Below are positions 37,422-47,143 of a DNA stretch of 64,000 nt, one piece after another (within the stretch, counting starts at the first letter, position 1; the number at the start of each line of letters is the position of its first letter). The notes beneath the pieces are model-generated. The model made no database searches. It was given only the letters and a program-made list of their open reading frames with translations, and was not told the origin of the DNA. Made by a program: the position numbers and the translations under genes. Source of the stretch: Gemmatimonadales bacterium (GTDB taxonomy: Bacteria; Gemmatimonadota; Gemmatimonadetes; Gemmatimonadales; GWC2-71-9); assembly GCA_035309945.1 (NCBI GenBank), contig DATGEQ010000009.1, positions 2,343-66,342 of the forward strand, given 5' to 3'.

Positions 37422-39598
37422 CACTGCTCCTGACACTGGTCGCGCCCGTGCCTGCGGCTGCACAGGGAATCCTGCGCGGCTCGGTCCGCGACTCCGCCGG
37501 CGCGCCCGTGCACGGCGCTGCCGTTGTCGTGCCCGGCACGACAGTCGGCGCGCGCACCGATGCTCAGGGGAGATTTCGCATTCTCGCGGTGCCGGCCGGT
37601 CGAGTTCGCGTCCACGTCGCGGCGATCGGCTACGCATTGGTCGACACGACCGTCGCGCTCACGGGTGGTGATTCGACGACGATCGACTTCGCGCTCGCGC
37701 TCGCGCCGCTCGCCCTGCCGCCGGTCGACGTGATCAGCGACAAGGTGCCGCATTTCGGCGACCGGCCGCCCACGAGCGTCACGGAGGTGACGCAGCAGGA
37801 CCTCGATCGCCGGGCCGTCGGCACGGTGGACGAGGCCATCGATCACGCGCCCGGCGTGCAGTTCGTCAACGGCCAAATCAACCTGCGCGGCTCGACGGGC
37901 TACGTGCAGGGACTGAACTCGCGCGTGCTGCTCACCGTCGACGGCATCCCGATGAATGAAGGAGACCGCGGCGGCATCGACTGGGACCTGCTGCCGGTGG
38001 ACGAGATCGAAAGCGTCGAGATTCTCAAGGGCGCAGGGTCGTCGATCTACGGATCCGCCGCGTTCGGCGGCGTCGTCAACGTGACCACGCGCGACGTCCC
38101 GACCGGCCTGCATGCCCGAGTGCGGCTGACCGGCGGATTGTACGGCGATCCGCCGTACGCGATCTGGAAGTTTCGCGGCAACCCCGGGACGCTCGGCAGC
38201 CTCGATGTCGCTACGTCGTATGGCACCGACCGATTGGGTGCCAGGATTTCCGCCGGCGACCGGCATTCCGACGGCTATCGCCAGCAGGATCAGGACGATC
38301 ATTTGCACTTCGCCGGCAAGGCGCACTGGGAGCCGTCGACGAACACCCGAGTCGATCTCTCCGGCGCGTGGGCCGTGAACCGCTACGACGTACCGCTGAG
38401 CTGGTGCACGCGCGGCACGTGCGACGATCGCGGCCAGGTCTTCCAGCCGTTCATGGTGGATACCAGCAACCTCGGCGCCCGGACGGACTCGCGGAAAGGC
38501 TATCTCGCCGCGCAAGTGCGGACCACGGTTTCGCCCCGTATCGCCTGGGTCGCGCGAGGCTCGTGGCTGCGCACCCATTTCCTCGACGTGCGGCGGCCGA
38601 CTTCCGAATTCGGCGTCAGCGACCGGATCGGCGGGGAGGGGAGAATCGAAGCGCATCCCGATTCCCTGCGCACCGTCGTCGTCGGCGCCGAGGCGACTTA
38701 TTCCGACGCGATGAGCGACATCTTCGGCATTCATTCTCAAGAAGAGTTCGCGGCGTACGGCCAGAGCGATCAGCGCGTCGGCGTGGTGCGCATCAGCGGT
38801 GGGGCTCGGTTGGACTTCCTGGCCGTGGATGGCGGCTCGCTCACCGCCGTCGTCAGCCCGCGACTCGGGCTGACAGTGCCCACCGACGGTCGCGCGCGCG
38901 ACCCCGGTGTGCTCCGCGCATCGATCGGACGCGGGTTTCGCGCGCCGACCACGGCCGAGCGATTCGTCCACACGACCGCGCTCGGATTGGAAGTGGTCCC
39001 CAATCCCACGCTCCGCCCCGAAACGGGGTGGTCATTTGAAATTGGACACACCACCGCTCCGCTCTTCGGCTTCGTGCGGCTCGACGCCGCGTTGTTTTGG
39101 ACCGAGGCACGCGATCTCATCGAGCCGATTCTCGCCCACGGCGATACCGTGCAGCTCGAGAACGTCGTGCGCGCGCGGCTCCGCGGACTGGACGCGAACG
39201 TCGTCGCGGCGCCCATACGCGGTCGGCTCGTCGCGACGCTCGGATACACCTTTCTCGACACCCGTCGCCAACTGGCGGGCGACAGCACGCAAGGGGGGGG
39301 CCCGCTCGCATTTCGGCCGCGAAACCTGCTGACGCTGGGCACGGATTATTTCCTCGGCCCGGTCGATCTGGGCGCGGACTTCCGGTACGCGAGCGAGCCC
39401 GAGCGGATCGAGCTCGAAGGATTCGTCGATCCGCGCCGCGTGCCGGTGAAGGTGCTGGATCTGCGGGCGGGTTGGAAACAGGGACCGGTCGAGCTGCGGC
39501 TACTCGCTACGAACGTCCTCAATTACATCTACAACCTGGTGCCCGAAACCCTCGCGCCTGTGCGGACGATCACGTTGACGGCCGTCTGGTCTCATTAG
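37406..39598 (+). CDS. TonB-dependent receptor with an N-terminal carboxypeptidase-regulatory-like domain
   Basis: A signal peptide is followed by GSVRDSAGAPVHGAAVVVPGTTVGARTDAQGRFRI, a plug segment (VEILKGAGSSIYGSAAFGGVVNVTT) and a long beta-barrel. Confidence 0.88.
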   Translation: MHRAIALLLTLVAPVPAAAQGILRGSVRDSAGAPVHGAAVVVPGTTVGARTDAQGRFRILAVPAGRVRVHVAAIGYALVDTTVALTGGDSTTIDFALALAPLALPPVDVISDKVPHFGDRPPTSVTEVTQQDLDRRAVGTVDEAIDHAPGVQFVNGQINLRGSTGYVQGLNSRVLLTVDGIPMNEGDRGGIDWDLLPVDEIESVEILKGAGSSIYGSAAFGGVVNVTTRDVPTGLHARVRLTGGLYGDPPYAIWKFRGNPGTLGSLDVATSYGTDRLGARISAGDRHSDGYRQQDQDDHLHFAGKAHWEPSTNTRVDLSGAWAVNRYDVPLSWCTRGTCDDRGQVFQPFMVDTSNLGARTDSRKGYLAAQVRTTVSPRIAWVARGSWLRTHFLDVRRPTSEFGVSDRIGGEGRIEAHPDSLRTVVVGAEATYSDAMSDIFGIHSQEEFAAYGQSDQRVGVVRISGGARLDFLAVDGGSLTAVVSPRLGLTVPTDGRARDPGVLRASIGRGFRAPTTAERFVHTTALGLEVVPNPTLRPETGWSFEIGHTTAPLFGFVRLDAALFWTEARDLIEPILAHGDTVQLENVVRARLRGLDANVVAAPIRGRLVATLGYTFLDTRRQLAGDSTQGGGPLAFRPRNLLTLGTDYFLGPVDLGADFRYASEPERIELEGFVDPRRVPVKVLDLRAGWKQGPVELRLLATNVLNYIYNLVPETLAPVRTITLTAVWSH

Positions 39599-39614
39599 CG
39601 TTACATTCCAGCCC

Positions 39615-40133
39615 ATGAAACGCTCGGCCCCCGCCTTGCTCCTGCACCTTCCGGTGGTCTTCCTCCTTGGAGCATGTGGCCGAAGCAACGGCTCGCCGAC
39701 GTGCGGGCTCGCGCTGCTGGCGGGTCCATCGATCATCACATCCCAGCTCGCCAACGCGCGCGCGGTACTGACCGATCCCCCCCGGGGCATTCCCGATTCG
39801 CTGCCGGCGCGCGTCATCGAGCAAAAAGCGGGCAGCGGCGGCGCCGGCGCCCTGATCGTTAGCCACGACACCGAGGGCAGAATCTCCATGCTGTATCGCG
39901 GGACCGGCTTCCCGGCGCGCGGCTATGGCTTGCTGGTGGTGGACGACACCTCGGGACGCGCGATGGGCGTGCTGATGCTCGATCAGGAGGAGCCGGCCAA
40001 TCACCCCGCGATCGGCACCGTGATCGGCGGCAGCACCGTCGTCAACTTGTATGGTGTGCGCGTCGACTGGGCGAGCGTCAGCAATCCTCGTTGTCCATTG
40101 TTCGGCGGGTCTGCGTCCACGACGACGTCGTGA
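39615..40133 (+). CDS. Hypothetical lipoprotein
   Basis: The lipobox is VVFLLGAC. I recognise no family. Confidence 0.6.
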   Translation: MKRSAPALLLHLPVVFLLGACGRSNGSPTCGLALLAGPSIITSQLANARAVLTDPPRGIPDSLPARVIEQKAGSGGAGALIVSHDTEGRISMLYRGTGFPARGYGLLVVDDTSGRAMGVLMLDQEEPANHPAIGTVIGGSTVVNLYGVRVDWASVSNPRCPLFGGSASTTTS

Positions 40134-40861
40134 CGCAGGCCCTGCCGGTCGCCGTGACTGCGCCGCGACGCATGGTAGACGGTCGTGAACGCGTCACCCT
40201 GAACACGGCGTACGTCCGCGCGCTCGAACGGGCCGGTCTCGTCCCACTCGCCGTTCCCACCATGCTCGCCGCCGAGCAGGCCGCGGCCGCATTGACCGCG
40301 GCGCGCGGGCTCGTGCTCACCGGTGGTGAAGACGTAGCGCCCGAGCGCTATGGCGCGACGCCCCATCCGCGACTCGGCGACGTCGATCCCGTCCGCGACG
40401 CGGCCGAGATCGCTCTGATCGAGGCGGCCCGCACGCGCCGCCTGCCCATTCTCGCGATCTGCCGTGGCATTCAGATTCTGAACGTTGCCCTCGGAGGCAC
40501 GCTGTATCAGGACCTGGAAAGCGAACGGGGAGGGCCCGGCGCCGTCGCGCACAGCGATGAGTCGCGTTCCCATGCCATTCGTATGGCAACCGACTCCCTG
40601 CTCGCACGCACGTTGGGAGTGCGCGCCGCAACCGTCAACAGCCGCCACCATCAGGCGATTCGCGCTCTCGCGCCCGGGCTCAAGGCGGTGGCCTGGGCGG
40701 ACGATGGCGTCATCGAGGGCGCGGAACCGGCGGCCTCCGATGCTTCCTGGATGCTGGCCGTGCAATGGCATCCCGAGGATCTCACGGAGCGCGCCCTGTT
40801 CGATGGATTCGCGCGGGCGGTTGCGGCGTTCGAGCCCGCCGGCGCCGGAGTGGGGGCATGA
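40130..40861 (+). CDS. Class I glutamine amidotransferase / peptidase C26 (gamma-glutamyl-GABA hydrolase-like)
   Basis: Recognisable segments are ILAICRGIQILNVALGGTLYQDL (nucleophile Cys), VNSRHHQA and AVQWHPE. The GTG at 40130 overlaps the upstream stop (GTGA). Confidence 0.87.
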   Translation: MTQALPVAVTAPRRMVDGRERVTLNTAYVRALERAGLVPLAVPTMLAAEQAAAALTAARGLVLTGGEDVAPERYGATPHPRLGDVDPVRDAAEIALIEAARTRRLPILAICRGIQILNVALGGTLYQDLESERGGPGAVAHSDESRSHAIRMATDSLLARTLGVRAATVNSRHHQAIRALAPGLKAVAWADDGVIEGAEPAASDASWMLAVQWHPEDLTERALFDGFARAVAAFEPAGAGVGA

Positions 40862-41307
40862 CGTCCGCCGCGACGCTGCATCCGTTCCCATCGCCGGAGT
40901 GGGTTGCCGCGTATGAAGCGGCGATCAACGCGAGTGACGATTACCGCAGCGCGTCCACCGAGTGGACCCATGGATCGGTCGCGCTCGTCATGCCCGCGCA
41001 GCCGGCTATCGGCGTGCCGGACGACGTCGGGATCTGGCTCGATCTCGATCGCGGCGTGTGCCGCGAGGCGAAGCTCGTCCCCAAGTCCGAGGCGCAGGGG
41101 GCGCCGTTCGTCCTCACCGCCGAATACCGTTTCTGGAAGCAGATCATCAAGAAGGAGCTCGGCCCGATCGCCGGCATCATGCAGCGCAAAGTAGCGCTGC
41201 AAGGATCACTGCCGATCGTGGTGCGCTTCATCAAGTCAGCGGAAGCGCTGGTCGATGCGGCCACCCGCGTGCCGACGCGATTCCTCGACGATGGCGGCGG
41301 GGCGTGA
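40858..41307 (+). CDS. SCP2 sterol-carrier-like domain protein
   Basis: Recognisable segments are GIWLDLDRGVC...FVLTAEYRFWKQIIKKELGPIAGIMQRKVALQGSL. It has an ATGA overlap with the upstream gene. Confidence 0.72.
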   Translation: MTSAATLHPFPSPEWVAAYEAAINASDDYRSASTEWTHGSVALVMPAQPAIGVPDDVGIWLDLDRGVCREAKLVPKSEAQGAPFVLTAEYRFWKQIIKKELGPIAGIMQRKVALQGSLPIVVRFIKSAEALVDAATRVPTRFLDDGGGA

Positions 41308-43268
41308 ACGGATCGGTCGCCGACATCCTGACGCGGCTCACCACACTCTCGCAGGAGCTGGCGGGCGCGTTTCGCCCGACGACCATCGTCGAGATCGTGG
41401 CGCGCGCGCTCACCGAGCAGCTCGCGCCCGGCCGCCTCTCGGTCATGCTGCTCGACACCGACACCAATCAGCTGGTCGTGAGCTACCACAACGGGCCGCG
41501 TCCGGCGACCACGGACGACCCGCTGCTCCAGCTCGCGCTGCGGCGCGGCCCGCTCGTCTTTCCCGACAACGTCACCACGCGCGCGGCGGCGCTCGACGTG
41601 GAGGTCGACGGGCCGACACCGCAGAGCTGGCTGGGCGCGCCCATCGTGGCCGTCACCCGCCCGATCGGCGCCGTCTCGATGGAGAGCGATCGCAAGAACG
41701 CGCTCGACGACGGGGCGCTCATGTTCACGCGCGCGGTGTTGGCGCAGGCCGGCATCGCGCTCGAGAACGCGCGTTTGGTGGAGCTCCTCTCGAGCGGCAA
41801 GCGCGAATGGGAGCAGACGGTCGACGCGTTCACTCACGCGATCTGCTATGTCGACTCGCAGGGCCAGGTGCGGCGCGCCAACCGGGTCTTTGCCGACCTC
41901 ATCAAGCTGCCGGTGACCGCCCTGCCCGGACGCCCCTGGCTCACGCTGCTGCCCCCGGTCTGGGTCGAATCCATCGCGCGTTTGCTCACCCCGGAGGGCT
42001 CGACGACACCGGTGGAAGTGCGCGCCGGTGATCGTACCCTTGCCGTGACCGCCATTCCGACCGGCGAGCCGGGCGCCGCCATCCTCATGTTCGAGGATCA
42101 AACCGAGAAACGCCGGCTGCAGGACCAGCTCCTGCAGTCCGAGAAGATGTCGGCGATCGGTCAGCTGATCGCCGGCGTGGCTCACGATCTCAACAATCCG
42201 CTCGCGTCCGTAGTCGGCTTCAGCGATCTGCTCAGCGAAGCGGCGGACGTCCCGCCGCGTCTCGCCGAGCCGCTCGCGGTCATTCGCCAGGAGGCGGAGC
42301 GCGCGTCGGCGATCGTTCGCAACCTGCTGTCGTTCGCGCGGCGCCAGGAAGGCGAGCGCCAGCTGCAATCCATCCGGCCGATTCTCGAGTCGACGCATCA
42401 ACTGCTCAAGAATCAGCTGCTGGCCGCGCGCATCGAGCTGACCCTCTCCTTTGAGCCCGGTCTCCCGGAAGTCGACGTGCACGCGAACCAGATCAAGCAG
42501 GTGTTCGTCAACATCATCAACAACGCCGCGCAGGCGATTGCCGGCTCGCGTTTGAAGGCCGGTGGCGGCCGCATCGACATCCTCACGAAATGCGAGCCGG
42601 ACGGCCTGTCGGTGAACATCAGCGACAATGGCCCCGGTGTCCCGGAAGGCGTGCTACAGCGCATCTTCGAGCCGTTTTTCAGCACCAAGTCCGAAGGCGA
42701 GGGGACGGGCTTGGGTCTCTCGATCTGCCTGGGCATCGTCAAAGAGCACGGCGGCAACATCACGGTCGTGCCCGGCGGCGCGGGCAGCGGGCGCGGCGCG
42801 ACGTTCACCGTCGAGCTGCCGACTGGCCTTCACGCGGAGCTAAGCCCCCTGGCGCGCGGAGCGAGCGATGAGCCCTCGCCCGCCGAACGGCACGAGCATT
42901 TGCGGGTACTCGTCGTGGATGACGAGCCGCACATTCTCCACTATATGCAGGCGACGCTGGAGAGCTGGGGACATGAGGTGGTCCTGGCGCGTGACGGCAG
43001 CCAGGCGTTGAAGCGGGCACTCATGCAACCGTTCGATCTCATCATCTGCGATCTGCGCATGCCGCGCCTCGGCGGCCGCGAGATGTTCCACACGCTCTCG
43101 CGCATGCATCCGACGGTCGCCGAACGCATCATCTTTGCCACGGGCGACACGGTCCGCGGCGACACGCTGCAATTCCTCGAGGAGCTGGGCCGACCCTTCC
43201 TGCAAAAGCCCTTCAAGCTCGACGCACTGCGCCGCGTACTCGCCGGAGTCGTGAAAGTCCCGGCATAA
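41304..43268 (+). CDS. Hybrid sensor histidine kinase (GAF-PAS-HisKA-HATPase-REC)
   Basis: H-box AGVAHDLNNPLASV, N/G boxes NIINNAAQA and DNGPGV..GTGLGLSI, and receiver VLVVDDEP...DLIICDLRMPRLGG are present. The GTG at 41304 overlaps the upstream stop (GTGA). Confidence 0.9.
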   Translation: MNGSVADILTRLTTLSQELAGAFRPTTIVEIVARALTEQLAPGRLSVMLLDTDTNQLVVSYHNGPRPATTDDPLLQLALRRGPLVFPDNVTTRAAALDVEVDGPTPQSWLGAPIVAVTRPIGAVSMESDRKNALDDGALMFTRAVLAQAGIALENARLVELLSSGKREWEQTVDAFTHAICYVDSQGQVRRANRVFADLIKLPVTALPGRPWLTLLPPVWVESIARLLTPEGSTTPVEVRAGDRTLAVTAIPTGEPGAAILMFEDQTEKRRLQDQLLQSEKMSAIGQLIAGVAHDLNNPLASVVGFSDLLSEAADVPPRLAEPLAVIRQEAERASAIVRNLLSFARRQEGERQLQSIRPILESTHQLLKNQLLAARIELTLSFEPGLPEVDVHANQIKQVFVNIINNAAQAIAGSRLKAGGGRIDILTKCEPDGLSVNISDNGPGVPEGVLQRIFEPFFSTKSEGEGTGLGLSICLGIVKEHGGNITVVPGGAGSGRGATFTVELPTGLHAELSPLARGASDEPSPAERHEHLRVLVVDDEPHILHYMQATLESWGHEVVLARDGSQALKRALMQPFDLIICDLRMPRLGGREMFHTLSRMHPTVAERIIFATGDTVRGDTLQFLEELGRPFLQKPFKLDALRRVLAGVVKVPA

Positions 43269-43287
43269 TCGCGCGGAGATCCCCCGC

Positions 43288-44319
43288 ATGCGGGTGCTCC
43301 AGGTCGACTCGGGCCGACATTGGCGCGGCGGACAGCATCAGGTATGGCTGCTGTGTCGCGAGCTCGCCCGCGAACGCGGCATCGAACAGGCACTGGTTAC
43401 CAAGCAGGGCAGCGAGCTCGCGCAGCGCGCGGCGAGCGGCGGCATCAGCGTACATGGGACCACGTGGGACATCGGCCTCGACCCCCGCGCGTGGTGGCAT
43501 TTGCGCCGCACGATCGCGACCTTTCAACCAGACATCATTCACGTGCACGACAGTCACGCGCTCACGCTCGCTGCAACCGTCGCCATGGGTCGCACGATCG
43601 TCGCGACCCGGCGCGTGGAGTTTCGGATCGGCCGCTTCGGCTCCTGGCGCCGCCCGGACCGCATCATCGCGATTTCCGAAGCCGTGAAGCGCTCCCTGAT
43701 CCGCGACGGCATCGCGAGCGACGCCGTCGTCGTCGTTCATGATGGCGTCGACGTTGCGGAGATCCGGCGGGCGGCAGAGCCGCCGCTCGCGATCCGCCGG
43801 CAGCTCACCATCCCGGCCACGGCACCGCTCGCCATCAACGCGGCCGCGTTGACCGCAGAGAAGGATCACCGGACGCTGATCCTCGCGGCGCACTACGCGC
43901 GCGCCAAACGGCCCGATCTCTACTGGGTGATCGCCGGCGAGGGAAAACTTCGCGAGGACCTGACCGCCGAAATCGCCCGCCTCGGGCTGCGCGATCGCGT
44001 GCATCTGGTCGGTTACGTCGATCGTATCGATGCGTTGATTGCCGAGGCGAGCGTGTTCGTGCTGTCGTCCAAGAGCGAAGGCCTGGGCAGCGTCCTGCTG
44101 AACGCGCTGGCCCTGGGACGGCCCGTTGTTGCCACAGCGGCCGGCGGCATTCCCGAAATCCTCCCACCGGAGGCGCTCGTGCCCATCGAGGCGGCACAGC
44201 CCCTGGCCGACAAGGTGGTCGCGACACTGGACCGTGCGACGTCCGTTTCGCTTCCGGAGGGCTTCACCGCGAGCGCGATGGCGCGCGGAGTCTTGGATGT
44301 CTATGGGGGCCTTCCCTAG
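43288..44319 (+). CDS. Glycosyltransferase family 4 (GT-B)
   Basis: It starts MRVLQVDSG..GGQHQV and has the C-terminal E-x7-E context (SKSEGLGSVLLNALALGRPVVATAAGGIPE). Confidence 0.85.
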   Translation: MRVLQVDSGRHWRGGQHQVWLLCRELARERGIEQALVTKQGSELAQRAASGGISVHGTTWDIGLDPRAWWHLRRTIATFQPDIIHVHDSHALTLAATVAMGRTIVATRRVEFRIGRFGSWRRPDRIIAISEAVKRSLIRDGIASDAVVVVHDGVDVAEIRRAAEPPLAIRRQLTIPATAPLAINAAALTAEKDHRTLILAAHYARAKRPDLYWVIAGEGKLREDLTAEIARLGLRDRVHLVGYVDRIDALIAEASVFVLSSKSEGLGSVLLNALALGRPVVATAAGGIPEILPPEALVPIEAAQPLADKVVATLDRATSVSLPEGFTASAMARGVLDVYGGLP

Positions 44320-44330
44320 ATTGCAGGGCC

Positions 44331-45878
44331 ATGATTTACGTCTGCGTTCCGGTTCACAACGAGGCGCGCACCGTGGGCCTCGTGCTCTGGAAGGTGCGCC
44401 AGGTATTCACCGCGTTCGAGCGGGAATATCAGATCATCACTTGCGATGACGCCTCGACCGACGGCTCGGCCGACGTGCTGGCGTCGTATGCGCGTGTCCT
44501 GCCGCTGACGGTCATCAAACACCCCGCGCGACTGGGATACGCGAAGAGTCTGGAGGAGCTGCTCCGGCTCGCGCTGCAGCGTACCGACCGGCCCAAACGC
44601 GATTGCGCGATCACGCTCCACGCCGATTTCGTGCACGCGCCGGAAACGATGGAAGAGATGGTCAAGCGCCTGGAGTCGGGCGCCGACCTCGTGGTCGCCG
44701 AGCAATACCGCGAGCACGGCGCGCGAACCTGGGCCGAGCGTTGGGTGCGCCGCTGGGCACCGCGGCTGCTGCGCGTCGGCGGCGCCGTCAAAGACACGGT
44801 CTCCGGTTTCCTGGCGCTGCGCCTCATCGTGCTGCGGCAGGCAACGCGGGGCGGCGAAGCGCAGCTGCTCACGTCGGACGGTTGGGCCGCGAACGCCGAG
44901 CTGCTCGCGCGGCTTTCGACGCACGCGCGCCGGATTGAAGCGGTCTCCAGTACGGCGCGCTACGACCTGAAGCAGCGTCCCTCGCGCTCGAAACCGTGGC
45001 AGCAGATTTTGGCGGCGTGGCGATCGCGCCGCGTCATCAGCGCCGCGCGCAAAAGTATTATCGTGCTCGCGCTCCTCGCCGCCGGCCGCGGCGGGCTCCG
45101 CGCTCAGGACACCGTTTGCACCGGAGTCATCGTGGGCTCGACACCAGCGTCGGTCACCGCAGCGTCTCCGGCTCTTCCAGTGTCTAAGCCGGTCCAGCCG
45201 GCACCCGCCGTTCCGTTTCCGGTCGGTGAGCGCCTGTCGTTCGGCGCGCGGTATGGGATCTTCAACGTCGGAAACGCGACGATGGAGGTCGTAGGCATCG
45301 ACACGGTCCACCACGTGCCCGCGGTTCACATCCGGTTCCAAATCTCCGGCGGCGCGCTGTGGTATCACCTCAATCAGACGATCGAGTCGTGGGTCGGACT
45401 CTACGACTTCCGCTCGCGCCGCTTCTGGTCCATCCAGGACGAGAGGGACCGCCACCGCGAAGGTCGCTACGAAATTTTTCCGGACTCCGGCTTCTATAGA
45501 GAAGAAGGGCGCGACACGACGTTCGCGACGGTACTCGAGCCGCTCGATGACGCGTCCTTTCTGTACTGGATACGCACCGTACCGCTGGAGGTGGGCAAGA
45601 AGTACGAGTTCGCGCGGTACTTCCGGCCCGACCGAAATCCGGTCATCATCGAAGTGCTCGGATACGACAAGGTCAGCGTGGCCGGCAAGAAGTGGCGGGC
45701 ACTGGTCGTGCGGCCCACGATTCCGCAGGGGCGCGGTATCTTCGCGGAGAAATCCGAGACACGCATCTGGCTCTCGGACGATCCGCAGCGTCTGGTGCTC
45801 GCGATTCAGTCCAACTTCTCGTTCGGCCAGGTGACGCTGAAGCTCAAGGACTACGCGGTTCCAGGAGTCCACCAGTGA
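44331..45878 (+). CDS. Glycosyltransferase family 2 domain fused to a DUF3108-like C-terminal domain
   Basis: The N-terminus is VCVPVHNEARTV...ITCDDASTDGS (GT-A). A central hydrophobic/Ala-rich segment follows. The C-terminus is GERLSFGARYGIFNVGNATMEV...WLSDDPQRLVLAIQSNFSFGQVTLKL (DUF3108 pattern). Confidence 0.78.
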   Translation: MIYVCVPVHNEARTVGLVLWKVRQVFTAFEREYQIITCDDASTDGSADVLASYARVLPLTVIKHPARLGYAKSLEELLRLALQRTDRPKRDCAITLHADFVHAPETMEEMVKRLESGADLVVAEQYREHGARTWAERWVRRWAPRLLRVGGAVKDTVSGFLALRLIVLRQATRGGEAQLLTSDGWAANAELLARLSTHARRIEAVSSTARYDLKQRPSRSKPWQQILAAWRSRRVISAARKSIIVLALLAAGRGGLRAQDTVCTGVIVGSTPASVTAASPALPVSKPVQPAPAVPFPVGERLSFGARYGIFNVGNATMEVVGIDTVHHVPAVHIRFQISGGALWYHLNQTIESWVGLYDFRSRRFWSIQDERDRHREGRYEIFPDSGFYREEGRDTTFATVLEPLDDASFLYWIRTVPLEVGKKYEFARYFRPDRNPVIIEVLGYDKVSVAGKKWRALVVRPTIPQGRGIFAEKSETRIWLSDDPQRLVLAIQSNFSFGQVTLKLKDYAVPGVHQ

Positions 45879-46834
45879 CGGACTATCGTGAAGCCGATTT
45901 CTCCCGCCTCAAGACCGTTCCGATAGCCAAACGCCCCAACAAAGTCGACGCCTCACTCCTCGCGCATCCGCCCCAACCCTCCGACATGTCGTTCACCGCT
46001 TTCCTGGATTCGCTGCCGTCCATCCTGGCCGCGCACGATCTCCGTTACGTGGTAGACCAGATCGTCAGCGCGGCCGGGCGTCGTGGCGTGGTCGCGATGC
46101 TTGGCGGTCACGTGATCAAGGTGGGGCTTGCGCCCTTGCTGATCGCGCTGCTGCGCAAACGCGCGATTACCGCGATCGCGCTGAACGGCAGCGCCGCGAT
46201 CCACGATTTCGAGCTCGCCGCATACGGCGGCACCAGCGAAGACGTGGCCGCAGGTCTCGGCGACGGCACGTTCGGCATGGCCGAGGAGACCGGGCGCGAG
46301 ATGAATGCCGCGCTGAGCCACGGGTTCAAGGCCGGACAGGGCGCCGGTGAAGCGCTCGTGGAGTCTCTGCGCGCGCGCAAAGATCTCATCGGCCGCGACG
46401 TATCTGTGCTGGTGGCGTGCGGCGAGCTGAACGTGCCGGTCACCGTCCATGCGGCGATCGGCGCGGAAATTATCCACCAACATCCGAGCGCTGATGGCGT
46501 CGCGATCGGCGCGACGAGTCATCGCGACTTCAAGCGCCTCGCCGGCATGTTACCCGATCTCGACGACGGCGGGGTCGTACTCAATCTCGGCAGCGCAGTC
46601 GTGATGCCGGAAGTCTTTCTGAAGGCACTGACGATTGCGCGAAACCTGCATGGTGGGAAACCGAAAAACTTCACGGCCTGCGATTGCGACATGCAACGAC
46701 ACTATCGTCCGCGGGTCAATGTCGTGGAACGGCCGACGCTCGCCGGTGGCCGGGGCATTCAGCTCACCGGACACCACGAAATTCTGTTTCCTTTACTGGC
46801 CTGGGCGGTGCTCTCGCGGCTGGAAAAACGATAG
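45875..46834 (+). CDS. Hypothetical protein, possibly with a deoxyhypusine-synthase-like fold
   Basis: The GTG at 45875 overlaps the upstream stop (GTGA). MLGGHVIKVGLAPLLIALLRKRAITAIALNGSAAIHDFE resembles the DHS family core. The assignment is weak. Confidence 0.45.
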   Translation: MTDYREADFSRLKTVPIAKRPNKVDASLLAHPPQPSDMSFTAFLDSLPSILAAHDLRYVVDQIVSAAGRRGVVAMLGGHVIKVGLAPLLIALLRKRAITAIALNGSAAIHDFELAAYGGTSEDVAAGLGDGTFGMAEETGREMNAALSHGFKAGQGAGEALVESLRARKDLIGRDVSVLVACGELNVPVTVHAAIGAEIIHQHPSADGVAIGATSHRDFKRLAGMLPDLDDGGVVLNLGSAVVMPEVFLKALTIARNLHGGKPKNFTACDCDMQRHYRPRVNVVERPTLAGGRGIQLTGHHEILFPLLAWAVLSRLEKR

Positions 46835-46881
46835 GGGCGCAGCACGCTGCGCACCCACACCGTCATGAATGTGTTATCTGT

Positions 46882-47100
46882 TTACGATTCGGACGGACGT
46901 CCTTTGATCATATCGCGGACGCGATCGGCCGTTGACGGGCTGAGTATGCGCAACACCATATAGAAGAAAAAGCCGACGACCGCTAGCGTGAGGACCGTAG
47001 TCGCGATGCCGAACAGGCTGCCGACGATGCCGAAGATCAATTTCAGCGCGAGCCACGCGACGATTGCGAGAACTGCGAACCCGATAATGCTCCGGAACAT
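46882..47100 (-). CDS. Small two-TM membrane protein (72 aa)
   Basis: The sequence is MFRSIIGFAVLAIVAWLALKLIFGIVGSLFGIATTVLTLAVVGFFFYMVLRIL... and the start is preceded by GGAGGA. Confidence 0.6.
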   Translation of the reverse strand: MFRSIIGFAVLAIVAWLALKLIFGIVGSLFGIATTVLTLAVVGFFFYMVLRILSPSTADRVRDMIKGRPSES

Positions 47101-47143
47101 GATATCCTCCGTGGTGTCCGGTGCGTTTGCAGCGTACGCCTAA

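Noticed and set aside
46836-46862. A GC-rich hairpin (gcgcag-cacg-ctgcgc) between the convergent genes at 46834 and 46882, as an intrinsic terminator.
   Set aside because: The stem is short (6 bp plus a bulged extension) and has no U-tract on either strand. That is not enough to call a terminator.
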